63,771 bases of DNA, filler included, from Aduncisulcus paluster (GCA_024181965.1; 9 parts of 9 records of this genome joined end to end with filler, not necessarily neighbours in it), one strand, 5' to 3'. Shown: positions 1 to 11,841, counted from the whole stretch's first letter. Notes: generated by a model from the letters alone, not told the origin. A program made the numbers and translations.

Positions 1-178
1 GAATAGATCGTAGAGTCTGTTTCAAAGTCTCTAACTCATCAATAGAAGCAGGAAGTCGCTCGCAAATGTTTTTCAAAGATGAGGCAAATGCCTTTCCATC
101 AATAAATGATTCTGTCATGCTCCAAAAAACAGGAAACATCCTTTCGCCTAATTTCTGGGATGGGTCTGAATTATTGTC
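1..178 (-). CDS. Partial coding exon running off the window start (…MTESFIDGKAFASSLKNICERLPASIDELETLKQTLRSI); upstream exons up to ~471 likely but not resolved
   Basis: Open frame on the minus strand from a CAG acceptor near 179 to the window edge, with AT-rich intron-like DNA upstream. No family recognised. Confidence 0.4.
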
Positions 179-516
179 TGGCCGGACGAATAAATATGGG
201 ATTTATAAATACCAAATTAAGTATTAATATATGTTTTACTTGTCGGAGTAATTTTTTTTGAGATGCCAACTTGGTGGGTGAGAAATCTTCTGGAAAATAG
301 AATAACTAACTCATTTTCTCCATAAAATAAGATTTATATTGCCGATTCCTTCACGGGAAGTAAATTATTGCTATCATTCGAAGAAGCAGCGGCAAACAGA
401 ATATTTTGTTCGTTAAAACCATCGGCTGAGCCGGGGAAAAGGACCTCTCTTTTCTTGGTGCTCCCCTTCATTTGGAAATCCCCACATCAAAAATATTATT
501 AGCGTAATTCCTAATT

Positions 517-3500
517 ATGGTTAAAATTGAGGAATTATTTCTCTCTGATGAGACTCATTCGCCAATTTCAGTTATTGATTTTGTAAAAGCTGAAATTGAA
601 GCCAAAACAATAGCTTATAAAAATCATACTGAACAAAATGTACATAAAATTGCAAAGGTGGGAGCTGATTCCGATTTACCAATTGAATCTCCCGTTAAGG
701 ATCCCAGTCAGGATTCCGATGATTCACCCGATTCTTCATCTTTTTCAAGTTCCAGTGATGTTGATTTTGCAAAAAGACCACATATTCCATTGAAATATGT
801 CCTTCCCGTGAGTGTTCCTGATAGTATTAGTACTCCAAAAAGTCCTATTGTTTCTTCTTTATCCGCCGATTCTTTACGCCACATTAGAGAAGTTCTTGAT
901 GAAATTCGTCCTCTTGTTGATGTTCTTATTGATGGACACTCTAGATATGATTCTCTCTCCCATCATTCCTCACACGTGCTCTCTGAACTTGTTTCCAAAA
1001 GTAGCTCTATTTCTGATTGCAGTGGGTCCATGATCGAGATTATCCCAAGGATATCTACCATGATCCGTCTTCTGAATGCCACTTTGACTGGATTGAACGA
1101 TAGTATCTGTTCAGGCCTATCTGCGACTTCCATCGGGGCTGTTGACGGTATTATGGTTAATTTAACGGAAGAGACTAAAAGAAAACAAGGTCAAAGACTC
1201 CATACCGTGAAGAAATTTGTTTCCTCCTTTAATCCTAAAGCTGCGAGAGATCTGGAGAAATTCCATGAAAATCTTATAAAAGCCGTTCAAGAATCACACC
1301 AAGAAGTTCAATTACTTAAAAATAAGCTAACCAGTCGATGCCAGTCGTATAAACGTCGCATAGGTACCCTCAAGGCCATGGTTCCTGAATTGTGTCGTAA
1401 AATCACTGTTTTGTGTGCCCAAAATGATGAATTGGAACAATCAATAATCGATATGGAGAAAGATTTCAAGGAAGAAGCTGGCAGTGTCATGAAACAACTT
1501 CTACAGAAGGATCTTAGAATCCAAGAGCTTAAAAAATCTCATAATATCGAACTAAGTCAAATGAAAAAACATTACGACACTCAATTTGCTTCTTCAAACA
1601 AGAAGAAGAAAGAATTAGAGAAGCTTAAGGACGATTTACTCAAATCCAATGACAAACTGATTGCACAGATCAAACAGTCCGCTTCTGACCATTCCATTCA
1701 ATCACAAAAAGAGGAGGCTTCTCTCCAGGATGAGAAGAGAAAGACTAAGTCTCTTTCGCAAAATTTGAAGGAATTGCAGGACCAGTATGACGCTCTTAGG
1801 GTGAACAACGATAAACAAAAGGAGTCACACGAAGATCTTAAGCGTAAATACGATCAATTGCAGAAGAAATACCAAGAGATCTTAGCGTCATCTTCTTCTG
1901 GCTCTCAAGCCTCTCTTCGGGTTCCCAAATCCTCAGTTTCTCCAGAAAGCCGCCAATCACATCATCAATTAAATCCACTTTCCAAAGACAATTCTTCTGT
2001 CAGATGCCCAACTTCTGCTCTTGGATCCACCCATCGACGTGCTTCTGCTTCTCTTCCCCTTGATTTCCCCTCATCTCCTTTTCATTCAGGTTCTAAACAG
2101 CCCATTATTGAGACCTTTGTCCCTGCACTTGTGCCCATCCAAGATAAACAAACCAATCCTCAACCTTCATCCTCCATGCTTGATCTTTCCTGTCCGCATG
2201 ACAAACGTGCCAACGCTCGTCAGGACGATTTGTTTAGCCACCACATGCTCAAAGAGGATTCTAAAAACGACAGTTTCGATCATCCTCGCGAGGTGTCCAT
2301 GGATAAGGTTCCTTCCTTGCCAATTGGTTCTTGGTCTGGAGTTCCTGCGACTCACTCCCAGAGTCAAGGATCCAATCACCAAGCCAATCGTGGTCATTTC
2401 CCACCTTTCCTCTCTTCCTCTCTTCCGCCCAGACACTCTCCCCTCTCTCCTGGTTCTGGGCAAACCTCTCCACCACATCCACATCACCGTGCTTCGTATC
2501 AACAATACTGTGCGACTACGGACCCACGTTCATTGCGAATTGCCTCTGTGGATAAGCACTCGCAGTCCTTTGGAGCCCATCATGAAGTCGGCTTTCTGGA
2601 TGGTGGCAGTGAACCCTCTACCCATCATTCTTGGCAACGTCGCGATATGACGCACCCTACTTCACGATTCCAAGACTCAGACGAGGGCTCTTCTTCGTCC
2701 CATGAGCATGACTATCAAATGATGCAACGTGCACTCGGCGATAGACTGTCATATGTCGTGGACAAGGCTAAGCAGTATAAAAAAGAATATCAAAAACAGT
2801 GCATTCAGACCCAATATGCTCAGAGGAACTGCAACCAGACCATGGAACGTCTCATGCATATCATGACAAAAACTGAGGAAAATAACAGGAAATATGACTC
2901 TGTGATTAAGGAAAAAGAACAGATCATTGAAGCCATGAAAACAGAAAGAAGGGAACTTGTTTATGAAAACAGACGCCAAGAAGAACAATTGGCTGTGTTG
3001 AAGGAGAAATTGCAATGGTTCCGTGAAGAAAAGGCCAAAAAAGACCTTGAAGTTCAGATGAAATCCTCAGAAGATCGAATTATGGAGAAACTTTCGATGT
3101 GGTTCTCAACTATGAATTCCTCCTCATCAAGGCATAAGTTTGTTGATGACTCTCACTCTCCCAAATTCCACCATTCTCCCAAATTCCACCNNNNNNNNNN
3201 NNNNNNNNNNAGGGAACTTGTTTATGAAAACAGACGCCAAGAAGAACAATTGGCTGTGTTGAAGGAGAAATTGCAATGGTTCCGTGAAGAAAAGGCCAAA
3301 AAAGACCTTGAAGTTCAGATGAAATCCTCAGAAGATCGAATTATGGAGAAACTTTCGATGTGGTTCTCAACTATGAATTCCTCCTCATCAAGGCATAAGT
3401 TTGTTGATGACTCTCACTCTCCCAAATTCCACCATTCTCCCAAATTCCACCATTCTCATCCCCATCCAGACTTTCTGCGCTATAATCCATCATCCTTGGG

Positions 3501-3738
3501 AGGGGTATCGAGCGATGTGAGTCCTTCTATGGATGTTGCCACCCCTCAGAACACCACTAGTGGTCAAACTGATGCGGTCAGACAGGATGTTGTTGGAAGA
3601 CAAGAATCCAGACAAACATCTTTTGGTTCTATTCCTGGTCGTCAGTCTTCAACAAGCCACCTCTCCACTTACGTTTCTCATGATGAAGAGGACGTCGAAC
3701 AATTGGTTACCAAGACTTTAGACGAAAGAGAAGAGTGA
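517..3738 (+). CDS. Large coiled-coil / Ser-rich hypothetical protein (true length ~87 aa shorter than the ORF because of the gap duplication)
   Basis: Long ORF with two heptad-rich regions. 2950-3190 is repeated at 3211-3451 across the 20-N gap. Confidence 0.75.
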   Translation: MVKIEELFLSDETHSPISVIDFVKAEIEAKTIAYKNHTEQNVHKIAKVGADSDLPIESPVKDPSQDSDDSPDSSSFSSSSDVDFAKRPHIPLKYVLPVSVPDSISTPKSPIVSSLSADSLRHIREVLDEIRPLVDVLIDGHSRYDSLSHHSSHVLSELVSKSSSISDCSGSMIEIIPRISTMIRLLNATLTGLNDSICSGLSATSIGAVDGIMVNLTEETKRKQGQRLHTVKKFVSSFNPKAARDLEKFHENLIKAVQESHQEVQLLKNKLTSRCQSYKRRIGTLKAMVPELCRKITVLCAQNDELEQSIIDMEKDFKEEAGSVMKQLLQKDLRIQELKKSHNIELSQMKKHYDTQFASSNKKKKELEKLKDDLLKSNDKLIAQIKQSASDHSIQSQKEEASLQDEKRKTKSLSQNLKELQDQYDALRVNNDKQKESHEDLKRKYDQLQKKYQEILASSSSGSQASLRVPKSSVSPESRQSHHQLNPLSKDNSSVRCPTSALGSTHRRASASLPLDFPSSPFHSGSKQPIIETFVPALVPIQDKQTNPQPSSSMLDLSCPHDKRANARQDDLFSHHMLKEDSKNDSFDHPREVSMDKVPSLPIGSWSGVPATHSQSQGSNHQANRGHFPPFLSSSLPPRHSPLSPGSGQTSPPHPHHRASYQQYCATTDPRSLRIASVDKHSQSFGAHHEVGFLDGGSEPSTHHSWQRRDMTHPTSRFQDSDEGSSSSHEHDYQMMQRALGDRLSYVVDKAKQYKKEYQKQCIQTQYAQRNCNQTMERLMHIMTKTEENNRKYDSVIKEKEQIIEAMKTERRELVYENRRQEEQLAVLKEKLQWFREEKAKKDLEVQMKSSEDRIMEKLSMWFSTMNSSSSRHKFVDDSHSPKFHHSPKFHXXXXXXXRELVYENRRQEEQLAVLKEKLQWFREEKAKKDLEVQMKSSEDRIMEKLSMWFSTMNSSSSRHKFVDDSHSPKFHHSPKFHHSHPHPDFLRYNPSSLGGVSSDVSPSMDVATPQNTTSGQTDAVRQDVVGRQESRQTSFGSIPGRQSSTSHLSTYVSHDEEDVEQLVTKTLDEREE
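2950..3451. other. Assembly artefact: 20-N gap (3191-3210) with duplicated flanks
   Basis: 241-bp identical copies on either side of the gap. Confidence 0.9.
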
Positions 3739-4102
3739 GATCAGTACTATATTGTGATCCTTTTGGATGTGAATGAACTTAATAATGCTTTGAAAAGATA
3801 ATTTGGACATTGGAGGATATTGATTGAAATCTCAATTCCACCAAACCAAATCCCATTTGGCAATCAACTCTATTTTCATGTAATTTGAATAGTGTATTTT
3901 TGAATATAGCAAGAATTTCCTTCAATTGTTTTATTTTAGATCTAAAAATTCTGATTGTATCAGACCTCTCAAAAAAATACCTTCCAAATCTGGTTTGAAA
4001 TTAGTCCGTTTTCAAACCTTCATAAACAAAAAGTAAAATGATGCAAATGTGACATTTCAAATGTCATCTCTGACTATCATTAATCATTAATGACTCATTA
4101 TA

Positions 4103-5410
4103 TTAAAATCTAACTTCAAATTTCCCAGCACGAATGATATATTTGACTCCTTTGAAGAATTTATACTTTTCACGGCTGAGGGTAAGTTTGCGGATGTGAA
4201 GTCCACTTAGACTGCGTTTTTGGACACAAGAAAACCTCACAGAGGCGACAGGGAGCTGTTTTGGTTTCCCCTCTCCTTCTTCATTCTCAATAATAACTTT
4301 TAACTCTGGCTTTAAATCGGATGACACAGAACCCACTTTCCACTCAAGAACACGGGCCTTGATATCAACGGCTGTCTTGCCAGTGTTAACGTCTACGGTA
4401 CCGATATTAATACCCTCGCCCATGGGGATTCGAATGGTCACACCAGAGGCCTCATACCCACCACGAGTGCCACAAGAGAGCTTCAAACGACCACTCTTGT
4501 TCTTCCCATTCCACATGACGGTGGGAGTTGTATAGAATGGGATGGCAGCAGACATGCGTGCTGATCTGTACGATAACAGGCGAGAAACACCATCAGGAGG
4601 GATGAAAGACACGACCTTTTGCTCCTCAAACCTTTTGAGACGGACACATGGGTGTAAGCAACAGTCAGAAAGAGCAGAAGGATCAGAAAACTCCAATAAA
4701 AGATCCGGAGTTCCAGATAAGTTGCACTTCATGTCGATATGACCACGGACAGAAGCACTCGATGAGACACCACTTGAATCGATCACGGCATCAACATTCT
4801 CAACAATATCAAAATAGACATTATTTCTGGAATGAGTAATTCCACCTCCTCTCCAAGGAATGGCAGTCATACACTCAGTGGGGAGCTTTTTATCATGAAT
4901 CTCTTCAGTGGCACTCTTGGCAGCAGAACGTGAGGTTGGATCAACGAGAGTGGAAATAACATTAGGTTCAGTATTCATGGGATGTCCTCCATCACAAATC
5001 TCATCAATTAGCTGATATACAGTAATAAAGTTGTCCTTTAAGACCTTGGCAGTAACATCATCGAAATAAAGACGAGCTAAACCAGAAATACGATGTAAAA
5101 ATGTGATAACCATCATAGGAGATGATTCTTCATCAGTAATGGCAATAAACTGGACATCTTTGACAGATATAGGGATTACATAATTAGCTCCGAGTTCAAT
5201 GATAGGTTCTCCTCTATGATCACTTTCAAAAAAGCGAGTAAGGATAGACCGATCAATCACACCAAAGAAATGCCTTTCAGCGATTACATTTCTAACATAC
5301 AGACGTGAAGAAAAATAACGATTGTAAACGATCGTTAGAAAATAGAATAACCCAAAAAATAAATAAAATACATACTGAGCGGAGTCCACTACAAAAATAC
5401 TCTTTATCAT
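4103..5410 (-). CDS. AP3M: AP-3 adaptor complex mu subunit; exons 5410-5376 and 5291-4103
   Basis: Spliced N-terminus MIKSIFVVDSAQ|NVIAERHF; motifs KDNFITVYQLIDEICDGG, IPWR, NNVYFDIVE, HPCVRLKRFE..SFIPPDG, YKFFKGVKY..AGKFEVRF. 84-nt GTATGT..TTAG intron. Confidence 0.9.
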   Translation of the reverse strand: MIKSIFVVDSAQYVFYLFFGLFYFLTIVYNRYFSSRLYVRNVIAERHFFGVIDRSILTRFFESDHRGEPIIELGANYVIPISVKDVQFIAITDEESSPMMVITFLHRISGLARLYFDDVTAKVLKDNFITVYQLIDEICDGGHPMNTEPNVISTLVDPTSRSAAKSATEEIHDKKLPTECMTAIPWRGGGITHSRNNVYFDIVENVDAVIDSSGVSSSASVRGHIDMKCNLSGTPDLLLEFSDPSALSDCCLHPCVRLKRFEEQKVVSFIPPDGVSRLLSYRSARMSAAIPFYTTPTVMWNGKNKSGRLKLSCGTRGGYEASGVTIRIPMGEGINIGTVDVNTGKTAVDIKARVLEWKVGSVSSDLKPELKVIIENEEGEGKPKQLPVASVRFSCVQKRSLSGLHIRKLTLSREKYKFFKGVKYIIRAGKFEVRF

Positions 5411-5657
5411 TGTGTCAAATTCACCCTTTATTTTTTCCGAACGGTATGTTTGATAATTCACTATCATATGTAATTTAGAAATGGATTTCATACATACAAG
5501 TGACTATAAGCATCTTTTTTGTTTGATATTTAAAATTTGTGCAACTCCTTCAGTGAACTGAAGTTCACTTTCATAGCATTGAAAGTTTCAAAGCAAGTAA
5601 TTTCTCTGATAGATAGCACTTTAATCCATTTTTTGAAAGCACCATCTTTGCCCTTTT

Positions 5658-6165
5658 ATGGATACCAATGCTCCAATCTTCTATGATTTCGTCTTCTCCG
5701 AAAGTTACAGTCTACACCCATTGTGTTGGAATCTGGATAAGCTCTCATCCCTCCTGTTCTCTCTTGCCATTATTCCCATACTTGCCCTTCTAGAGGAATT
5801 GATGCCTCCTATTGAAATGAAAGATGCTAATGGCTCAGTTGTTGCAGTAGTCCCGCGTGTCATAGCCTATCTTGATGATTTAACCCTGATTATAAGATCC
5901 ACTGATGAACTCAGAAGCATTCTTAGTGCTATCAAAGGTATTTTACCTGAGTTACCATCTTGAGCTGAACCGCGACAAGACTATCAATATTCCTCTGGCC
6001 CTGGGACCTCTTCCGGCTACAACAGAGGAGGATGACTTTGCTGTGGAACGGTTCCATGATGTTATGGGGGTGCCAATCTCGTCTGATGAAGAGATTCAAG
6101 CAGCTGTCGATTCCTTAGAGCAGACCTTCAAGGTCCAAGTTGGAAGTGGCAGTTACGACATCTGA
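5658..6165 (+). mobile_element. Degenerate non-LTR retrotransposon RT fragment (CRE-like YLDD type), frameshifted
   Basis: LSSLLFSLAI…VIAYLDDLTL, then a frameshift to LELNRDKT…VMGVPI. Confidence 0.7.
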
Positions 6166-6229
6166 GTTCTTGGATTTGCAACCATTCCATTATGTTTTCG
6201 AGACTGTGATTCTCAAACTCTCTTACCTC

Positions 6230-6358
6230 ATTCGGTAAGAAATTTGCCATCACAATCAGCGAAGAGAAGAGAGGAGAACTATTATGCTGATTCACACAGA
6301 TATAAGGACCTTTCATTGGACTAGGTGATAGAGAAGGGATGGATAACAAGTGACTCAT
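6230..6358 (-). pseudogene. Fragment of the family represented by the gene at 54341-55444
   Basis: SHLLSIPSLSPSPMKGPYICVNQHNSSP matches LSHLFIPFPSPSPMKGAYICLDEENSSP. Confidence 0.75.
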
Positions 6359-6374
6359 TTAATAAGTGTAATTA

Positions 6375-7016
6375 AATGATAGTAGATCAGATCTACTCGA
6401 TCTATAGACATTTCTCATTGTTCCTGAAATAAATATACAATAAAAATCCAGAATATCGTAATTTAATACATATTAAATAACAAAAGAACGGCAAATTATA
6501 GACTTATAATGGCTGGATGTGTGTGAAAATGTATTTTCCACTCTTTTGCCGAATGCAATCATTTGAAAGGACAACGAGCTCCTTAGCAAAGATCAAAGCA
6601 CATTCATCAGCTCGGACTGAAAAAGAAAAAAGAAAAAAAGAGAGGGAAAAGGCCGCTATCGTTTTGGTTGCTGATCACCTCGCTANNNNNNNNNNNNNNN
6701 NNNNNAATGATAGTAGATCAGATCTACTCGATCTATAGACATTTCTCATTGTTCCTGAAATAAATATACAATAAAAATCCAGAATATCGTAATTTAATAC
6801 ATATTAAATAACAAAAGAACGGCAAATTATAGACTTATAATGGCTGGATGTGTGTGAAAATGTATTTTCCACTCTTTTGCCGAATGCAATCATTTGAAAG
6901 GACAACGAGCTCCTTAGCAAAGATCAAAGCACATTCATCAGCTCGGACTGAAAAAGAAAAAAGAAAAAAAGAGAGGGAAAAGGCCGCTATCGTTTTGGTT
7001 GCTGATCACCTCGCTA
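6375..7016. other. Assembly artefact: 20-N gap (6686-6705) with duplicated flanks; ORF 6517-6738 is spurious
   Basis: 6375-6685 is identical to 6706-7016. Confidence 0.9.
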
Positions 7017-8689
7017 GAAATGGATATATGGGGGCAGCAAGGGCCCTCCAATCTGAAACAGGAATAAGTTTGAGTGAATTTTCGGTTTGTGATAATGTGG
7101 ATCTGTTAATTGCTTTGCAACAGTATGAAGAGTATCAAGAGCATAAATTCGGTCGTCGGCCTCATATTATTAAAATGCGTCCCCAAAGCGCATCTTCATC
7201 GAGGATTAAAGATCCTAAACGAAAAGGAGCTCTCCCGAATATTCCCAAACATTCTCTCTCTCGGTCTTCCTCTACTTCTCATAGTTCGACTTCTACCAGA
7301 TCTTCAACTCCACAAGAAGAGAAAGGTTCTATCAAAAAAGGCGTTGATTTTGCATCTAGAAAGGCCAAAGCAGGAAAGATTCCTCCAAAGGGTTTTATGG
7401 ATGGATTTACAGTAATTCCTTTAACTGGGCATTCAATTCCTTCCCGATCATCCCAAAAAGAGTCTGTGTCGGTGCGATCTGAACATGATACGCATCCCCA
7501 TAGACCTGAACCAAGAGATAATCCTCCACATAACCCTAGAAAGCATATTAAGGTATCAAGTGGAGATTCTGTATCCGATATTCCATTGATGCCATCCCTG
7601 CCTCCGTCATTGCGTGAAGCTTCTGATTTACATGGTCTAGCCCAAGTTATTCAGCGTGATATTTTCTCCAGAAGTCCAGGGGTGTGTTGGGAGGATATAG
7701 TTGGGTTAAACGATGCAAAAAGGTTGTTAAAAGAAGCAGTTGTATTTCCATTGAGATATCCTCAACTCTTTACAGGTGTTCTTGAGCCGTGGAAGGGAGT
7801 ACTATTGTATGGTGCTCCAGGAAATGGAAAGGTATGTTATTTACATGTTATATTAGTGCGTAATTAATTAAATTTGATCCATTTAACTATATTTATTTTT
7901 ATATTGTTATTGTGTATCATATTTTTGGTGTAGACTATGCTGGCGAAGGCTGTTGCGACCGAATGCAATACGACATTCTTTAACGTCTCTGCAACGACCA
8001 TTGTGTCCAAGTTTCATGGTGAATCTGAGAAATTAGTCCGTGTATTGTTTGAAATGGCCCGAGCTTATGCCCCTTCGACCGTGTTTGTTGACGAAATTGA
8101 TGCTCTTGCTTCATTACGCTCAGGTGCAACTGAACATGAAGCCTCTCGAAGATTGAAATCTGAGCTACTCACACAAATGGACGGTCTTGCAAAATCCAAA
8201 GAACAGGTATTTGTCCTTGCTGCAACCAACTTGCCTTGGGAATTGGATTTTGCTCTGTTGAGACGACTTGAAAAAAGAATATATATCCCGTTACCAGATG
8301 AACCTTCAAGAAAATCCCTCTTACACAGATTACTGTCAGGACGAGTTAGGCCAGGTGTTGTTGATTCCGTCGATAAAGTTGCTGAGAAGACGGATGGTTA
8401 TTCCGCATCTGATCTTGTCACCCTCGCGAAAGAAGCGGCCATTTGTCCCGTGAGACGGTTTATGGGGAAGTTGGAGAGTATTGACAGCCACATAGATGCC
8501 GTGCCTTATTTACCTGGTAGCGATGATGTTGGACTTGCAACAGGGAAAGAAGAAAGTTCAGGAGGTATTCTGGTCGATTTGGGAGTTGAAAAGGAAGATT
8601 TAGAATTAGCTTTGAAAAGATCAAAACCTGCCGCTTCATTCGCCATGAAAAAGTATGAGCAATTTGGAGAAAAGTGCGGTTCGACATAA
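6848..8689 (+). CDS. KATNAL2: Katanin p60 ATPase-containing subunit A-like 2 (LisH + AAA); intron 7832-7933; start may be 6884
   Basis: LisH (LVADHLARNGYMGAARALQSE). Walker A GAPGNGK|T is restored by a 102-nt GTATGT..TAG intron. Also VFVDEID, EHEASRRLKSELL, ATNLPWELDFALLRRLEKRI. Confidence 0.93.
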
Positions 8690-8990
8690 TTATTTTGAAG
8701 ATAATTTTCATAGTTACAGATCAATATGTACTATTGAAATAGTATTTGTTGACCTCGAAAAGAATGAAGAGATTTAGTTATTGTAATTGATAATGTTAAA
8801 TAATAATTTAATAATTTAATAATTTAAATTATTAAGGACAAACTACTATATTGTACTATTGTGATTAATTCCATCACCAATCGTTGGAAGGAAAGGTTTG
8901 ATGCATTGCATTTGGCAAGAGCTTCATGCACACTCATGTGTTTCTTACGATCAAGCAGAGTGAGACATGAACACTTCACCATAGTAGTAG

Positions 8991-9015
8991 TATAGTATAG
9001 TATAGTATAGTATAG
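8991..9015. repeat. (TATAG)5 microsatellite
   Basis: Read directly from the sequence. Confidence 0.85.
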
Positions 9016-9333
9016 TATTGTATGATTTCAACATAGTCACCATCCTTCTTGTTTCTTATTCTCACTGAAATATCAGTTCTTCTTCATGTATTCTCTTTCT
9101 TCTAATACCTTGAACTTATTTATGAGAGATAGATTGCTTACTTTCTGACGAAGATAATGCATAAAGCGATGACAAAACAATTGGTCTGGGGTAGTAACGG
9201 TTCTTCGGAATGATGAGTATATATGCATATTAGTAATATGAATAGAGTTCAATATTTATTGGTTTTAAAAAATGTTCAACATTGAATTCAATGTATCGCT
9301 TTGCAAATTGGCAATTAGAAATTGCAGTAAATT

Positions 9334-10140
9334 TCATCTCGTCTTAGCCCAAATATTTTTGGGTGAGAATGAAGAAGCTTTAATGAAAATCAAATCAACC
9401 TCAATCTCCTTCTCATCCTTTTTGTGGAATTTGTACTTTCGTTCCAGGGGGTATTTGAATTGACCAAGAATAGTTAGCCGACCATGACCTCTTGCCCAGC
9501 CACAGACACGTTTGATCAAATATGAACGAGTTGATGATTTGTGGAGGGAATAAACGGCACCATGGGGTGAAGATGATGTTATTATTGTTGCGATTGAGAG
9601 AAATATCGTATCAATTCCCTTTCTATAACAACCAAATGGAGGGTTCATGATGACTGTATCACAAGATGGAATTGAGATGTCCAAATATGATTCTTTAGTT
9701 ATTTCTTCCCCAATATCTAATTGAATAATTTCAATTTCTTGCCCGTCATTATCTCCTTCGACAAGGTCAAAATGTTTAAGATTTTCTTTAAGAGTAGAAA
9801 TGGATTCGTCAGATACATCAACAAAAGTAACCTTTTTAGCACCACAAAAGAGGGCCCCAAACCCCAATATTCCTCCCCCACATCCAAGATCAACAATGTG
9901 ACGATCTTCAATGTTTCCATCATTGTTTGCAATGAACATAATATGAGCGGCCTAAGGAGACAAGAAAATGAGAGTTATAATAATAATTTTGAGGAAGATG
10001 CAAAAGTAATAAAATTTCATCAATAATAATAATATGTTACATACAATATCGGCCGGAGTATAATATTGTTCCAATAAGTGGTCTGGATGCGCCCAAACTG
10101 AGATATCTCTCATCAATTTTTCCAATTCCCACTGTTTCAT
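9334..10140 (-). CDS. METTL5: rRNA N6-adenosine methyltransferase METTL5-like; exons 10140-10045 and 9951-9334
   Basis: LEQYYTPADI|AAHIMF, DLGCGGG, NPPFG, VYSLHKSSTR, YKFHKK..EIEVD. 93-nt GTATGT..TTAG intron. Confidence 0.92.
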
Positions 10141-10467
10141 GATTAATCCTTGCTTATATAATGTCTTGAAGGTTTTAAATAGGAGCAAAATCATTTTTAT
10201 ATTATTGATTTAAAAATTGGATATTTCTGAATCCGAAAATGGAATATATCATTCATATTTTGAATATATATTTCCATAAAAAAATAATATGTTATTAATC
10301 TGCCAAGAAAAATGGATTTCAAGTTTTTGCAAACCAAATAATAAAATTGGGTCTAGTTAGAAATATTTTCACTCTCTCAACTCCTATGACAACTTTCAAA
10401 CAAGGTTTATTGGGGTAATTTCAATCATATTGATCAACTACTGTTTTTTTATACAGTACAACTGAGA

Positions 10468-11841
10468 TTAACATATGTGTAAATTTTGGATGGAATATTT
10501 CGAATTGAATGAGTGGACGGCTGATGAAACTTGTTCTCGTGACATAGAAGTGACAATAGCAACACTTTCCCATCCTCCAGCACCATGAACAAAACATAAT
10601 ATGCCACGAGAAGAGAGATGTTTACAAAGTGAGAATATGGGAGATGGAACATAAGATATTCCAGCTAACTCTCCTAAATGCCTCTGAATGGACATTATCT
10701 TGTCGTGAAGAGTGAAGATAAGATGGCGATCTTTCTCAAATGTTCCATCAGATAATGAAGTTTGTGATCCATGGATGTCTGATCCCCATTCTTTCTCGAG
10801 ATATTGGATCAAAAGTGGAGAGAAAACTCTGTATTGTGATGTTAATTCCTTGAGACTATCTCGAACATTGGAACAATCTGAATATGATCTGTGAAAACTT
10901 ACAAGGCTTTTTCTAGTGTCACATCCTTCACCAACTTGGACAAGAAAAACATTAATTGAACGATTAACACGAATTCTCCTGAAATGACTTGAATTATAAT
11001 AACATATTCGAAGATATTTGAACAAAGTTTGCCGGAATAGGGAAGAAGGGATAATAGAACCACTCTGGGATGGAAATTGACATTTAATACCTTTCAACCG
11101 GTCTCTTCCTTTTTTGACCTTTGACGTTATCATCTGTTCTGTTTCTCCATCTATATCTTCACAAAATGTGAGATATTTCGAGATATCATCACAGGCCAAA
11201 CAGAGCAATTCATATGTTTCTCTAAAAGAATAATACAGATGGGACCCATAAACACACGTTGAAACATCAAATCCACTCCCTTTCCTCCCAGATGCATTGA
11301 AAGAGGCGAGATATGACAAAGAATAAATGAGAGAAGGGGGAGGGGGAGAAGGAGGGAAAATAGCAGTCAAAAGACTTTTGATCACCCCAACACACACACA
11401 ACCAGATGATCCCAAACCACTTTTTGATATCGATTTATCAGAACATGTAATAATACCGGAAGAATCAATTGTTATTATAATATTGAGATGAGAATATTTC
11501 CATTGGGAGCATGAAAACGCATCAATTGCCCACATATAGAATATAATTACAAGGATAGAATGATAAATAAAGCGGGAATGAGAGGAAAAAGGTTTGAAAA
11601 CTAATTGCTTCGATGAGAGACGATATGACACAGAAATTGACTCAGAAAATAACGAACTATTAATTAAGATAGAAATGGTTTTTGCGTGGTCATCCCTTCT
11701 AATTATTTGAGGTTGATTATTGATCCATTCATGGTGGGATTGAATTCTCACACAGTCATCAACGGCAAGAGATACTCCATAGGATGGGGGGTAAACAAGA
11801 GAATATCCTCCTGTTAACAACAATTTTCCCGGAAGTCGCAT
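10468..11841 (-). CDS. ERG8: Phosphomevalonate kinase, ERG8/GHMP type (start 11841 or 11877)
   Basis: PGKLLLTGGY, KSGLGSSG, GRKGSGFDVSTCVYGS and GAGGWE parallel the ERG8 motifs PGKxLLxGGY, KTGLGSSA, GSGFDV and GAGGYD. Confidence 0.8.
   Translation of the reverse strand: MRLPGKLLLTGGYSLVYPPSYGVSLAVDDCVRIQSHHEWINNQPQIIRRDDHAKTISILINSSLFSESISVSYRLSSKQLVFKPFSSHSRFIYHSILVIIFYMWAIDAFSCSQWKYSHLNIIITIDSSGIITCSDKSISKSGLGSSGCVCVGVIKSLLTAIFPPSPPPPSLIYSLSYLASFNASGRKGSGFDVSTCVYGSHLYYSFRETYELLCLACDDISKYLTFCEDIDGETEQMITSKVKKGRDRLKGIKCQFPSQSGSIIPSSLFRQTLFKYLRICYYNSSHFRRIRVNRSINVFLVQVGEGCDTRKSLVSFHRSYSDCSNVRDSLKELTSQYRVFSPLLIQYLEKEWGSDIHGSQTSLSDGTFEKDRHLIFTLHDKIMSIQRHLGELAGISYVPSPIFSLCKHLSSRGILCFVHGAGGWESVAIVTSMSREQVSSAVHSFNSKYSIQNLHIC

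Noticed and set aside
5411-5491. N-terminal extension of AP-3 mu in the ORF track
   Set aside because: Homology starts at MIKSIF (5410).
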